Source: an uncultured Candidatus Saccharibacteria bacterium (GTDB lineage: Bacteria > Patescibacteriota > Minisyncoccia > Phycocordibacterales > UBA9973). From it: a stretch of DNA of 43,744 nucleotides. Below the pieces are notes generated by a model that was not told the DNA's origin, did no database searches, and saw nothing but the letters and a program-made list of their open reading frames with translations. Position numbers and translations under genes: made by a program. The stretch lies in the NCBI GenBank assembly GCA_964591665.1, contig CAZQCV010000002.1:1-43744 (forward strand). The letters run 5' to 3'. Of the stretch, positions 25,102 to 33,178 are shown piece after piece (the stretch's first letter is position 1; every line of letters starts with the position of its first letter).

Positions 25102-26922
25102 ATGTGTATGATGAAACGTCTCATAACTCTATTTCAAAAAATAGAACATAAGATTGTCGAATTTGTATCTCTCGACTATCGCTCCCTCGCTTTGTTACGT
25201 ATCACTATTGGTATTACGCTCATGCTTGATCTGGCACAACGAGCAACGAGCCTCTATGCACACTACACTGACAGCGGAGTATTGCCGAGACTCGACATAC
25301 TTAAATACTGGAACAACGACTGGTGGATCTCGATCCATATGGCAAACGGCGCTCTATGGTTCCAAGTAGTACTATTTAGTATCGCATGTATCTTTGCATT
25401 ATCGCTTACGTTCGGGTACAGAACCAAGCTATCAATGATAGTTTCGTGGTTTTTGTTAATCTCGCTTCATGCAAGAAACCCACTTGTACTTCAGGGTGGA
25501 GATGTCGTATTGAGAGTAATAACTTTTTGGATGATGTTTTTGCCACTTAATAAACGATGGTCTTTGGATAGATTGTTTAACAAAACAGCACCAGCCGACG
25601 AAAAAACGTACGCGAGTATCTCGAGTGTCGCATACATTGTTCAGATATGTCTCTTGTATGTTATGACTGGTCTTCTCAAAACAGGTGCAGCGTGGCATGC
25701 AGACGGAACGGCAACATATTATGCACTATCTATTGATCAACTTATCACACCAACAGGTGCGTGGGTTTTGACTCATTTAGGACAAGTGCTTCCCTGGCTT
25801 ACATGGTTCGTGCTATATGTCGAGACATACGGAGCAATACTTTTATTTATACCGTTCTTTACACCACAATTCCGAATACTCGGTCTCAGTCTATTTGCAA
25901 TACTTCAAATAGGATTTAACACCAACATGCGTCTCGGATTGTTTGGACTTATTGCCATTGGAGTAACACTCGGCATGCTGCCTTCATATTTTTGGGATAA
26001 ACTTAATACATTTATGCATAGGAGAGTTCGTGCTCGTGCAAAAGAAGATCTTTCCATATATTACGACGGAGACTGCACCTTTTGTGCAAAAGTAGTTTCT
26101 ATTATAAAAAGATTGTTTTTACTACACGAGAACACACACATCGCGCCAGGATATACCGATGAAAAAGTGCTCAAAGAGATGGATGCCCGTACCTCATGGG
26201 TGATTGTTGACAGCAACGGAAACCAAACATATGGGTGGAATGGGCTTGCTACGATACTTGGGTATTCACCATATCTTGCCTGGGCACAATCTATTGCTCA
26301 TCTAAAACCGATCGCCTGGTTCGGCGAAAAAATATACGCATTTGTTGCGACACATAGAAAAACAGTTTGCACACCATTAATCCCTGAAGAAAAAACATTT
26401 ATCAAAAAGCTAGTAGGGACAGCGACACAAGCATTTCTATTGGTGCTACTTATCTATGTTGTACTTATGAATATCGACACACTAGGAAAGACTCAATATA
26501 TAAGTGCTCAAGTGCAGTGGATCGGATCACTCACGAGACTCGATCAACGGTTTGACATGTTCGCACCGACACCACTACTCGAAGACGGATGGTATGTATT
26601 CCCAGGAAAACTAAGTGACGGAACAGAAATCGATGTATTCAGAAACGGCGCACCAGTATCATATGCAAAACCAAAATGGGGCGCATACGAATACAAAGAT
26701 CAACGTTGGCAAAAATATATGATGAATCTTTGGTCTGCGAATCTTTCACAGTTTCGTGAGGGCTACGGTAAGTATCTCTGCCGCGAGTGGAATAAAACAC
26801 ATACGGGAGAAAAACAACTCATGGAATATGACATGATGTTTATGGTAGAACGCACACCAGCACCAGGGCAACCACAATCACCTGTCGAACCACAGACGAT
26901 CTGGCATCATCAGTGTTTTTAG
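25102..26922 (+). CDS. Fusion of an HTTM (vitamin-K-carboxylase-like) membrane domain, a DCC-type thiol-disulfide oxidoreductase domain and a C-terminal extracytoplasmic domain
   Basis: The N-terminal part is polytopic and HTTM-like (DYRSLALLRITIGITLMLDL...). The DUF393/DCC motif is SIYYDGDCTFCAKVV, with CxxC at about 26074-26085. A TM helix and a domain with FDMFAPTPLLEDGWYVFPG...DQRWQKYMMNLW follow. The start is ambiguous (ATG at 25102, 25108 or 25111); the track TTG at 25090 is unlikely. Confidence 0.75.
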   Translation: MCMMKRLITLFQKIEHKIVEFVSLDYRSLALLRITIGITLMLDLAQRATSLYAHYTDSGVLPRLDILKYWNNDWWISIHMANGALWFQVVLFSIACIFALSLTFGYRTKLSMIVSWFLLISLHARNPLVLQGGDVVLRVITFWMMFLPLNKRWSLDRLFNKTAPADEKTYASISSVAYIVQICLLYVMTGLLKTGAAWHADGTATYYALSIDQLITPTGAWVLTHLGQVLPWLTWFVLYVETYGAILLFIPFFTPQFRILGLSLFAILQIGFNTNMRLGLFGLIAIGVTLGMLPSYFWDKLNTFMHRRVRARAKEDLSIYYDGDCTFCAKVVSIIKRLFLLHENTHIAPGYTDEKVLKEMDARTSWVIVDSNGNQTYGWNGLATILGYSPYLAWAQSIAHLKPIAWFGEKIYAFVATHRKTVCTPLIPEEKTFIKKLVGTATQAFLLVLLIYVVLMNIDTLGKTQYISAQVQWIGSLTRLDQRFDMFAPTPLLEDGWYVFPGKLSDGTEIDVFRNGAPVSYAKPKWGAYEYKDQRWQKYMMNLWSANLSQFREGYGKYLCREWNKTHTGEKQLMEYDMMFMVERTPAPGQPQSPVEPQTIWHHQCF

Positions 26923-26947
26923 AAAAATAAAAAAACAAGTTAAAAAG

Positions 26948-26979
26948 TAAGGATAGTAAACACTAATCCTTATTTTTTT
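26948..26979 (+). terminator. Intrinsic terminator after the HTTM-DCC gene
   Basis: The stem taaggat with atcctta has an 11-nt loop and is followed by TTTTTTT. Confidence 0.6.
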
Positions 26980-27034
26980 ATATTGTAATTTGACTTAATG
27001 AGAAAAATATGTTTATATAAAGAAAACGAAAAAA

Positions 27035-27700
27035 ATGAATAAAGGAAAATTAAGAATAGTAGTGCTATTCTCAGGCGGCGCAAGTGCGGCACAGTATCTA
27101 ATCGGAAATGATCCAAATTACGGCAAAAACTATAAATTTGTTTTTGGCTTAACTGATAAAAAAGATGCATCTGGTTTGTCATACTTTGATGAACAAGAAA
27201 TACCGTGTACTATTGCAGCAATAAAACAATTTAATGCAAGAAATGGTTATTTTGGAAAAGTTAGAGATATGCCGGACAACATACGCAGAGCATATTTCAC
27301 TCACTTACAACATATTGTTAAACAATTTGAACCAGATCTTATTTTATTGTCTGGCTTTATGCTAAAAATTGTAGCGCCATTATTAGGATACTGTCCGATT
27401 ATTAATGTACATCCAGCGGATTTACGAATCAAAAAGGAAGATGGAACTCCAAAATATACAGGCGATGATGCTGTAACACTCGCAATAAATGCTGGTGAGA
27501 CATCTACTGCTTCGACAATACATGTCGTTGAAAAAAAAGTTGATGAAGGAAAAATTATCTGCGTTTCACAACCACTTACTGTTCAACCTGAGGTGCCTAT
27601 TATAGAACATCAAAACAGAATGAAGATTTTCTGCGACGGTCCCGCATATATACGAGCGTTAGAAATGATTTGTAGCGGAGAATTTAAATTTGAGGCTTAA
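27035..27700 (+). CDS. Formyltransferase-family protein (PurN/GAR-transformylase-like)
   Basis: The sequence contains LRIVVLFSGGASAAQYL, LILLSGFMLKIV, the catalytic IINVHPADL (Asn/His) and VDEGKIICVS (Asp). Confidence 0.7.
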   Translation: MNKGKLRIVVLFSGGASAAQYLIGNDPNYGKNYKFVFGLTDKKDASGLSYFDEQEIPCTIAAIKQFNARNGYFGKVRDMPDNIRRAYFTHLQHIVKQFEPDLILLSGFMLKIVAPLLGYCPIINVHPADLRIKKEDGTPKYTGDDAVTLAINAGETSTASTIHVVEKKVDEGKIICVSQPLTVQPEVPIIEHQNRMKIFCDGPAYIRALEMICSGEFKFEA

Positions 27701-27723
27701 TAAAAATAGAAGATAGAAATTCG

Positions 27724-27752
27724 CAGGTTACTCTTTTGAGTAACCTGTTTTT
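27724..27752. terminator. Terminator hairpin shared by convergent genes
   Basis: caggttactc-tttt-gagtaacctg is followed by TTTTT. It overlaps the stop of the minus-strand MBL gene. Confidence 0.65.
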
Positions 27753-28617
27753 AATTCTCACGATTACAATCGAGTTTTTCACCATCAGTTGTACAGGTGA
27801 CGGTTCCCTCTTTTGCTGTTTCGAGAAGTATAATATCTCGAGCTCGAATACGATCAACTACTTCAGAGTGCGGATGTCCATACGTGTTACCCATACTATA
27901 CGACACGATCGCATACGTCGGTGAAACCGCATCAAGAAATGCTTCACTTGTTGAGGTTCTAGACCCATGATGTCCAATTTTGAGTACATCACTTTTTAAT
28001 AATTCCTGCTCATTCCTTACACGAACAATGGATTCAGTAAATGTAGTCGCATCCCCTGTTAACATAAACGATCTCGTACCATAAGTAAGCCTCCCGACAA
28101 TAGAGGCATCATTATGCTTCCAACCAGAAACATTGTGGTCAGGAAAAAGTATTGAGAATTTTATATCACGTTTTTGATCAAGTACTATTTCCATGCCATT
28201 ACGCGCAATGAGCCTAGGTATTTTTTCTTCGGTCACAAGTCGATCAAAACTCTGATATGATTTGGAAGTTGATCGTGTACCCGATTCAACAACCGTACCC
28301 ATGCTATATGTTTTCATAAGATCAAGTATTCCTGCAAAATGATCAGCATCTGGATTTGTAAGCACAAATACATCAATATGTTTTTTAGAAATAGTCTGCG
28401 CAGCTTTGAGTGGAGCAACAAGGGACCCGCGTGGCCCAGCATCGACAAGCATTGTCCGACCATTTGGTGCCTCAATATAAATCGCATCACCTTGTCCAAT
28501 ATCAAGAACTGATACATGGAGATCTGTCGTGGGCACAAGAGCAGCGCTTACACTGTAGCCAAGTGCAAATATCGCACAGAAAAGTAGATAAATGACATGG
28601 ATGAGTCTCGTTCGCAT
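27751..28617 (-). CDS. Stand-alone ComEC-type metallo-beta-lactamase-fold domain protein with signal peptide or membrane anchor
   Basis: The sequence contains LHVSVLDIGQGDAIYIEAPNGRTMLVDAG, NPDADHFAG, SFMLTGD and KIGHHGSRTSTS, as in the ComEC/Rec2 C-terminal domain. The N-terminus is MRTRLIHVIYLLFCAIFALGYSVSAA. Confidence 0.8.
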   Translation of the reverse strand: MRTRLIHVIYLLFCAIFALGYSVSAALVPTTDLHVSVLDIGQGDAIYIEAPNGRTMLVDAGPRGSLVAPLKAAQTISKKHIDVFVLTNPDADHFAGILDLMKTYSMGTVVESGTRSTSKSYQSFDRLVTEEKIPRLIARNGMEIVLDQKRDIKFSILFPDHNVSGWKHNDASIVGRLTYGTRSFMLTGDATTFTESIVRVRNEQELLKSDVLKIGHHGSRTSTSEAFLDAVSPTYAIVSYSMGNTYGHPHSEVVDRIRARDIILLETAKEGTVTCTTDGEKLDCNREN

Positions 28618-28672
28618 ATTGTTATAAAAAGAGTATACTATAGATACATCAGTAATTTAAACTAGCACATTT

Positions 28673-29260
28673 ATGAAACGATTTACACCACACACATTTA
28701 CTATAGGCGGGCTCGATGGTATTTCACCTAAAACCATAGAAGAACATATAAAACTCTACCAAGGATATGTAAAGCACGCGAATCTTATACTCGATCATAT
28801 TGAGGAACTTTCGGAAGACTCTGAAAAATATGCATATGAACTTGCGGAATTGCAACGACGATTTGGATTTGAGTTTGACGGTATGAGAAATCACGAATAC
28901 TACTTTCACGGATTTGAAGGTGGTTCACAAACACTTCCTGCTGAGAGTATACTTCGAGCAAAAATAGAGAAGGACTTTGGTAGTTTCGATACATGGCTTA
29001 CACGATTCAAATCTATCGCCATGACGCGTGGTATCGGTTGGGCGATCCTCTACTATGATCAACATACAGATACATTACTTAACGCATGGGTAGACGAACA
29101 ACATCTCGGGCACCTCACGGGCCTCACACCAATCATCGCGCTTGATATGTGGGAACATTCATACCTCATCGATTATATACCGAGTGAAAAGAAAAACTAC
29201 ATCGAAGCATTTTTTAAAAATCTCAACTGGAATACTATCGAGAAAAATTTCACTAAATAG
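28673..29260 (+). CDS. Fe/Mn-family superoxide dismutase
   Basis: The C-terminal metal motif is ALDMWEHSYLIDY, the mid region is NHEYYFHGF, and the N-terminal region EEHIKLYQGYV is divergent from HHxKHHxxYV. Confidence 0.8.
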   Translation: MKRFTPHTFTIGGLDGISPKTIEEHIKLYQGYVKHANLILDHIEELSEDSEKYAYELAELQRRFGFEFDGMRNHEYYFHGFEGGSQTLPAESILRAKIEKDFGSFDTWLTRFKSIAMTRGIGWAILYYDQHTDTLLNAWVDEQHLGHLTGLTPIIALDMWEHSYLIDYIPSEKKNYIEAFFKNLNWNTIEKNFTK

Positions 29261-29278
29261 CTATTTCATAAAAAAGCA

Positions 29279-30784
29279 TTATTGAATCTCAGTAATGCTT
29301 TTTATGTTTCGTGACGTGTAATATACATAGAGTAAACCGAATATGAGTACATATATACCAACCAGAAACAATGTCGCAAATTCAGGGATCGTCGTTGAGG
29401 CATATGGTACATGTGAAAGTTTTGTCGCTGTTCCTATAACAAACTCGAGCATTGCGTAAAGCGGATATGAAACAATAGGAATAAAAAATGAAAGACCAAG
29501 AACAGAGCTGATGGTAGCAATGAATCCAATCAGCATAATGATCGATATAAAAGGTAGCACAATCAAATTTGCGAGTGGACTAATAAACGACAATGTACCG
29601 ATACTGTATGCAATCCATGGCGTGACAAGCATTTGTGCAGCAAGTGTACTCGCAAGCGTTTCACGGATAAGTTTCATACGGATCCACGAAAGCCAGTCTG
29701 TCATTGGTGGTAAGAAGAGAATAATAGAAAGCGTCGCAAGAAATGATAGCTGAAAGGAAATATCATAGAGCAGTATTCGTGGGTTGATCGCAACCATAAT
29801 AAACGATACATACCACAGTGCGCGTAGTGCGTTATACATACGACCACTACCTTTAATAAACAGAAGTACACACGCCATTGCTCCAGCACGTATAGCAGTA
29901 GTCTGTAGCCCAGTCATAACCACAAAAGCAAAGATACCAATACCACCAAATATAAAGGTAACACTTCGTGAGAACATTGTTCTTAGAAGCCGAATAACAG
30001 CATCAGCAACAATCGTTACGTTATATCCAGAAAGTGCCACAATATGAATCGTTCCCGTTTTTACAAACGAAGTACGTAAGTCTGCATCGAGAGCACTTTT
30101 CTGTCCAAGCAAAATTCCAGACAGGAGTCCGGCACCTGTATCGGGTAAAAGTTTGTATATGTGTGAAACAAAAAACGTATTGAGTGCGGATAACTTGCGT
30201 GAAACAAGACAGCACCGTTGCACAGAGGTATCTTCGTATAGAGACGAGGCTTTAAAAATCACCGAGATGCCATCTTTCTTCAGATAGTTTCCGTAATCAA
30301 AAGTTCGATCGGCATCAGTGACAAATGATTTCGGGATAGTGGGTGTACCAGTGACATGTATATATGCGCCCATTGATGGAACGTCTTTTCCCGTTGTAGT
30401 TATCAGTACATTTTCATCTTTTGTTTTAAGTATAAACCGTGTTGAATACTCACCAACATCGGGCGTGGTCGTAATATATCCTTCAATTTGTACTGCAGAT
30501 CCTATGCGTTCACGAAGTAGTGAAACATTTGCGCGCGCATCAATGTGAAACCGAATCACACCCAAAACACAGAAGACTAAACCCAGAAAAAGGAAGAGCG
30601 TCCTGCTACGAACAGATTTAAAAAACATGCCACATAATACAAGAATAAGAAAAATACTACTTACTCCTATTATTGTATATGTTTCATGAAACAAGGTGAA
30701 AATATTTCGTGAACCCAAAAAGATACCAAAGAAAAATGCGCACACAGTGAAACCGACTGTTGTATCGAACTTATACCACTTCAT
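29279..30784 (-). CDS. comEC: ComEC/Rec2 membrane channel portion (N-terminal OB/DUF4131-like plus competence domain), lacking the MBL domain
   Basis: The 501-aa polytopic protein contains the competence-domain strings FVKTGTIHIVALSGYNVTIV and LQTTAIRAGAMA. It ends without a beta-lactamase-fold domain. Confidence 0.85.
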   Translation of the reverse strand: MKWYKFDTTVGFTVCAFFFGIFLGSRNIFTLFHETYTIIGVSSIFLILVLCGMFFKSVRSRTLFLFLGLVFCVLGVIRFHIDARANVSLLRERIGSAVQIEGYITTTPDVGEYSTRFILKTKDENVLITTTGKDVPSMGAYIHVTGTPTIPKSFVTDADRTFDYGNYLKKDGISVIFKASSLYEDTSVQRCCLVSRKLSALNTFFVSHIYKLLPDTGAGLLSGILLGQKSALDADLRTSFVKTGTIHIVALSGYNVTIVADAVIRLLRTMFSRSVTFIFGGIGIFAFVVMTGLQTTAIRAGAMACVLLFIKGSGRMYNALRALWYVSFIMVAINPRILLYDISFQLSFLATLSIILFLPPMTDWLSWIRMKLIRETLASTLAAQMLVTPWIAYSIGTLSFISPLANLIVLPFISIIMLIGFIATISSVLGLSFFIPIVSYPLYAMLEFVIGTATKLSHVPYASTTIPEFATLFLVGIYVLIFGLLYVYYTSRNIKSITEIQ

Positions 30785-31526
30785 GTCCTTGCCAGAGTTT
30801 TACGAGGTCGTCGTATTCTTCTTTGGAAAAAACTTTCTTAAATCTTGCTCCTTTTTTACCTTTTACACGTTTTTCGCACGCTGCCCATGTTTCATCTTTG
30901 TATACAGAACCATCAACACAGGAAGCATACGCATATGGTTTTTTGTTTTTAGAAGAAGACTTTTGAGATGTACTAACAGTACTTGTAAATAGTTCTTTTT
31001 CATCAATACTCATAAGTTTCAAGTAACTTTCTAAAGCACCAGTATAGAGTAGCGGTTGTGAACTGTCTGCGTATTCTGTGGCGATCTGATCAACACGCTC
31101 GTTTGCCCAGATACCACTATGACCTTTTACTTTTATCCATTCGAGTCCTTGTTTTGATTTTATTCGAAACGAGATAGCAGCAAGTGCCCTCCATAAATCT
31201 TGATTGAGCACCTCATCACCGTTTTGAGTTTTCCATCCATTCTTTTCCCAACCGAAAACCCAACCAGTGATACCGTTTAGAACATATGCAGAGTCTGTGT
31301 GGACTTCGACTTTTCCTGCAATTTTTCTTTCTTCAATATATTGTAAAGATTCTAGTGTTGCGAGAAGTTCCATGCGATTATTTGTGGTGTGATCTTCGTG
31401 ACCACCGAGCTCTACAACTTTTTTATGTTCCTTTTCATCAGTGATTATTAGCAAGGCACCAAAACCACCAGGACCAGGATTGCCCCGAGATGAGCCGTCA
31501 GTGTAGATGATCGTTTTTGGATTCAT
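30771..31526 (-). CDS. rnhA: Ribonuclease HI with a C-terminal hybrid-binding (HBD/Cauli_VI-like) domain
   Basis: The DEDD residues lie in IIYTDGS, NNRMELLA, VHTDS and ERVDQIA. The C-terminus YAYASCVDGSVYKDETWAACEKRVKGKKGARFKKVFSKEEYDDLV matches the RNase H1 HBD pattern (YAV..G...W.EC...V.G...ARFKKF..EEA). The start is trimmed to ATG 31524-31526. The 3' end overlaps the comEC start by 14 nt. Confidence 0.85.
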   Translation of the reverse strand: MNPKTIIYTDGSSRGNPGPGGFGALLIITDEKEHKKVVELGGHEDHTTNNRMELLATLESLQYIEERKIAGKVEVHTDSAYVLNGITGWVFGWEKNGWKTQNGDEVLNQDLWRALAAISFRIKSKQGLEWIKVKGHSGIWANERVDQIATEYADSSQPLLYTGALESYLKLMSIDEKELFTSTVSTSQKSSSKNKKPYAYASCVDGSVYKDETWAACEKRVKGKKGARFKKVFSKEEYDDLVKLWQGHEVV

Positions 31527-31562
31527 GATAAGTACATGATACCACATATTCATTAGAGAAAT

Positions 31563-31600
31563 AAAAAATAGCCAACAGTACCTTTAAATACTGCTGGCTA
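31563..31600 (-). terminator. Intrinsic terminator after purC-purE
   Basis: The minus strand reads tagccagcagta-tttaaagg-tactgttggcta (one mismatch), followed by TTTTTT. Confidence 0.55.
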
Positions 31601-31625
31601 GTTATCTACATATCCATAATATGTT

Positions 31626-33074
31626 TTACATTTTGGGAAAATAATAGTTTTGAACCATATTGTTTCTCATCTTTCTTACTTTCGTCTGCAATTCGTTTTT
31701 GAATTCGCCCAAATATTTTGCAAGTGATGGATCAGCAGTTGCTAATATTTGTAACGCCAATAACCCTGCGTTCTGTGCACCATCTAACGCCATTGTTGCA
31801 ACAGGAACACCACCAGGCATCTGCAAAATAGACAAGATGCTGTCCCAGCCATCTATTGAGTTACTTGATTTTACGGGAACGCCTATAACAGGAACTATCG
31901 TGTGCGCTGCAATCATACCAGGCAAATGTGCAGCACCACCTGCACCGGCGATAACTACTTTGACGCCACGAGCAACAAGCTCCTGTGCGTATACCTGTAG
32001 CATAACTGGTGTACGATGTGCTGATACACAAGACAACTCAAAAGGGACTCCTGCCTCTACTAATACATCTGCTGCTTTTTTCATTACAGGTAAATCTGAT
32101 TCGGAACCCATAACGATACTTACCTTTGGTCCTTCAGCTGCGGGTCTTATTTTTACCAAAGACGCGCAAACCTTTTCATACAGGTCATCATCATTGACTG
32201 AAAGTTCTGTGTAAGGTGTTCCTACTACAATTTGATACAGCTCCTGGTAGCGATCCTTGATAGTTGCTTTGAGTGCATCATCAAACACCGGCAGTACATC
32301 ACCATCTTTGCCTTGCCAATTATGTTCGACCAACCATTGTCGTACAAATTCTTTTGACAAAGCTTTTGGTTCTTCATTTTCTGCCAATGCTGTCTCATAT
32401 GTGTTGGCATACCAGTATCTACTGGAATCTGGTGTATGAATTTCGTCAATAAGATAGACTTCACCTGATTCATCTTCACCGAATTCATATTTCGTATCAA
32501 CAAGGATTAATCCGCGATCAGCAGCCATTTCTTGTCCTCTCAGAAAAAGCTTACGCGAAACACGATTAATATGTTCCAACTGGTTTTTAGTCATAAGACC
32601 ACGCTCTAAAATATCTTCAAAAGAAATGTCTTCGTCGTGTTCTCCTTTTGGGGCTTTCGTCGTCGGGGTGATAAAAACTTCTGGCAGTCTTACATTTTTT
32701 TTGCAATCCGAAGGAATAGAATAACCCCATGGATTTGCTTTACCTGCTTCAACATAATTTCGATAGAAAGAACCTGTGTTAAACCCTCTAACAACAAATT
32801 CTACCTTAAAGGGTTTAACCTTCTTCCATATTGAAACTCTCGGATGCGGAACGTCTAAAAGGCAATTCTTCACAATATCTTCCGTGGCTCTCATAAAATG
32901 AGCAGCAATAAGATTAAGAATTACTCCTTTGCGAGGTACTTCAAAGGGTAATACAACATCAAATGCAGAGATCCTGTCGGTCGTTTCAGCAACGATGACA
33001 CCACCTACTGTGTGTAAATTGCGGACTTTTCCTTCATAGAAGGAGCCTTGTCCTGGATAGATTTTTTGATTCAT
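31626..33074 (-). CDS. purCE: Bifunctional SAICAR synthetase (PurC, N-terminal) / PurE-type carboxyaminoimidazole ribonucleotide mutase (C-terminal)
   Basis: The PurC part contains TTDRISAFDVVLP, LILVDTKYEFG and EIHTPDSSRYW. The PurE part starts at about 32129 and contains KVSIVMGSESDLPVM, SAHRTP and AGAGGAAHLPGMIAA. Confidence 0.88.
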   Translation of the reverse strand: MNQKIYPGQGSFYEGKVRNLHTVGGVIVAETTDRISAFDVVLPFEVPRKGVILNLIAAHFMRATEDIVKNCLLDVPHPRVSIWKKVKPFKVEFVVRGFNTGSFYRNYVEAGKANPWGYSIPSDCKKNVRLPEVFITPTTKAPKGEHDEDISFEDILERGLMTKNQLEHINRVSRKLFLRGQEMAADRGLILVDTKYEFGEDESGEVYLIDEIHTPDSSRYWYANTYETALAENEEPKALSKEFVRQWLVEHNWQGKDGDVLPVFDDALKATIKDRYQELYQIVVGTPYTELSVNDDDLYEKVCASLVKIRPAAEGPKVSIVMGSESDLPVMKKAADVLVEAGVPFELSCVSAHRTPVMLQVYAQELVARGVKVVIAGAGGAAHLPGMIAAHTIVPVIGVPVKSSNSIDGWDSILSILQMPGGVPVATMALDGAQNAGLLALQILATADPSLAKYLGEFKNELQTKVRKMRNNMVQNYYFPKM

Positions 33075-33178
33075 AAAAAATATTTTTTGATTTAAATTTC
33101 ACTCACAGTACCATTTTCAGTAGTTATTGTCAAAATAGTATTTTCATGGTAATGTGAAAGCAATAAAAATTTACAAAA

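Noticed and set aside
26970-27182. 70-aa minus-strand ORF, and the 112-aa ORF at 15178-15516
   Set aside because: The first overlaps the promoter and 5' end of the formyltransferase gene. The second overlaps the argS 3' end and its terminator. Both have implausible composition and no independent signals.
28673-29260. SOD as a degenerate or non-catalytic homologue, because the N-terminal HHxKHH motif reads EEHIKLY
   Set aside because: One His is retained and the alignment has an ambiguous 1-2 residue gap. The other ligand regions (NHEYYFHGF, DMWEHSYL) are intact. I cannot decide this without a proper alignment, so I do not claim it.
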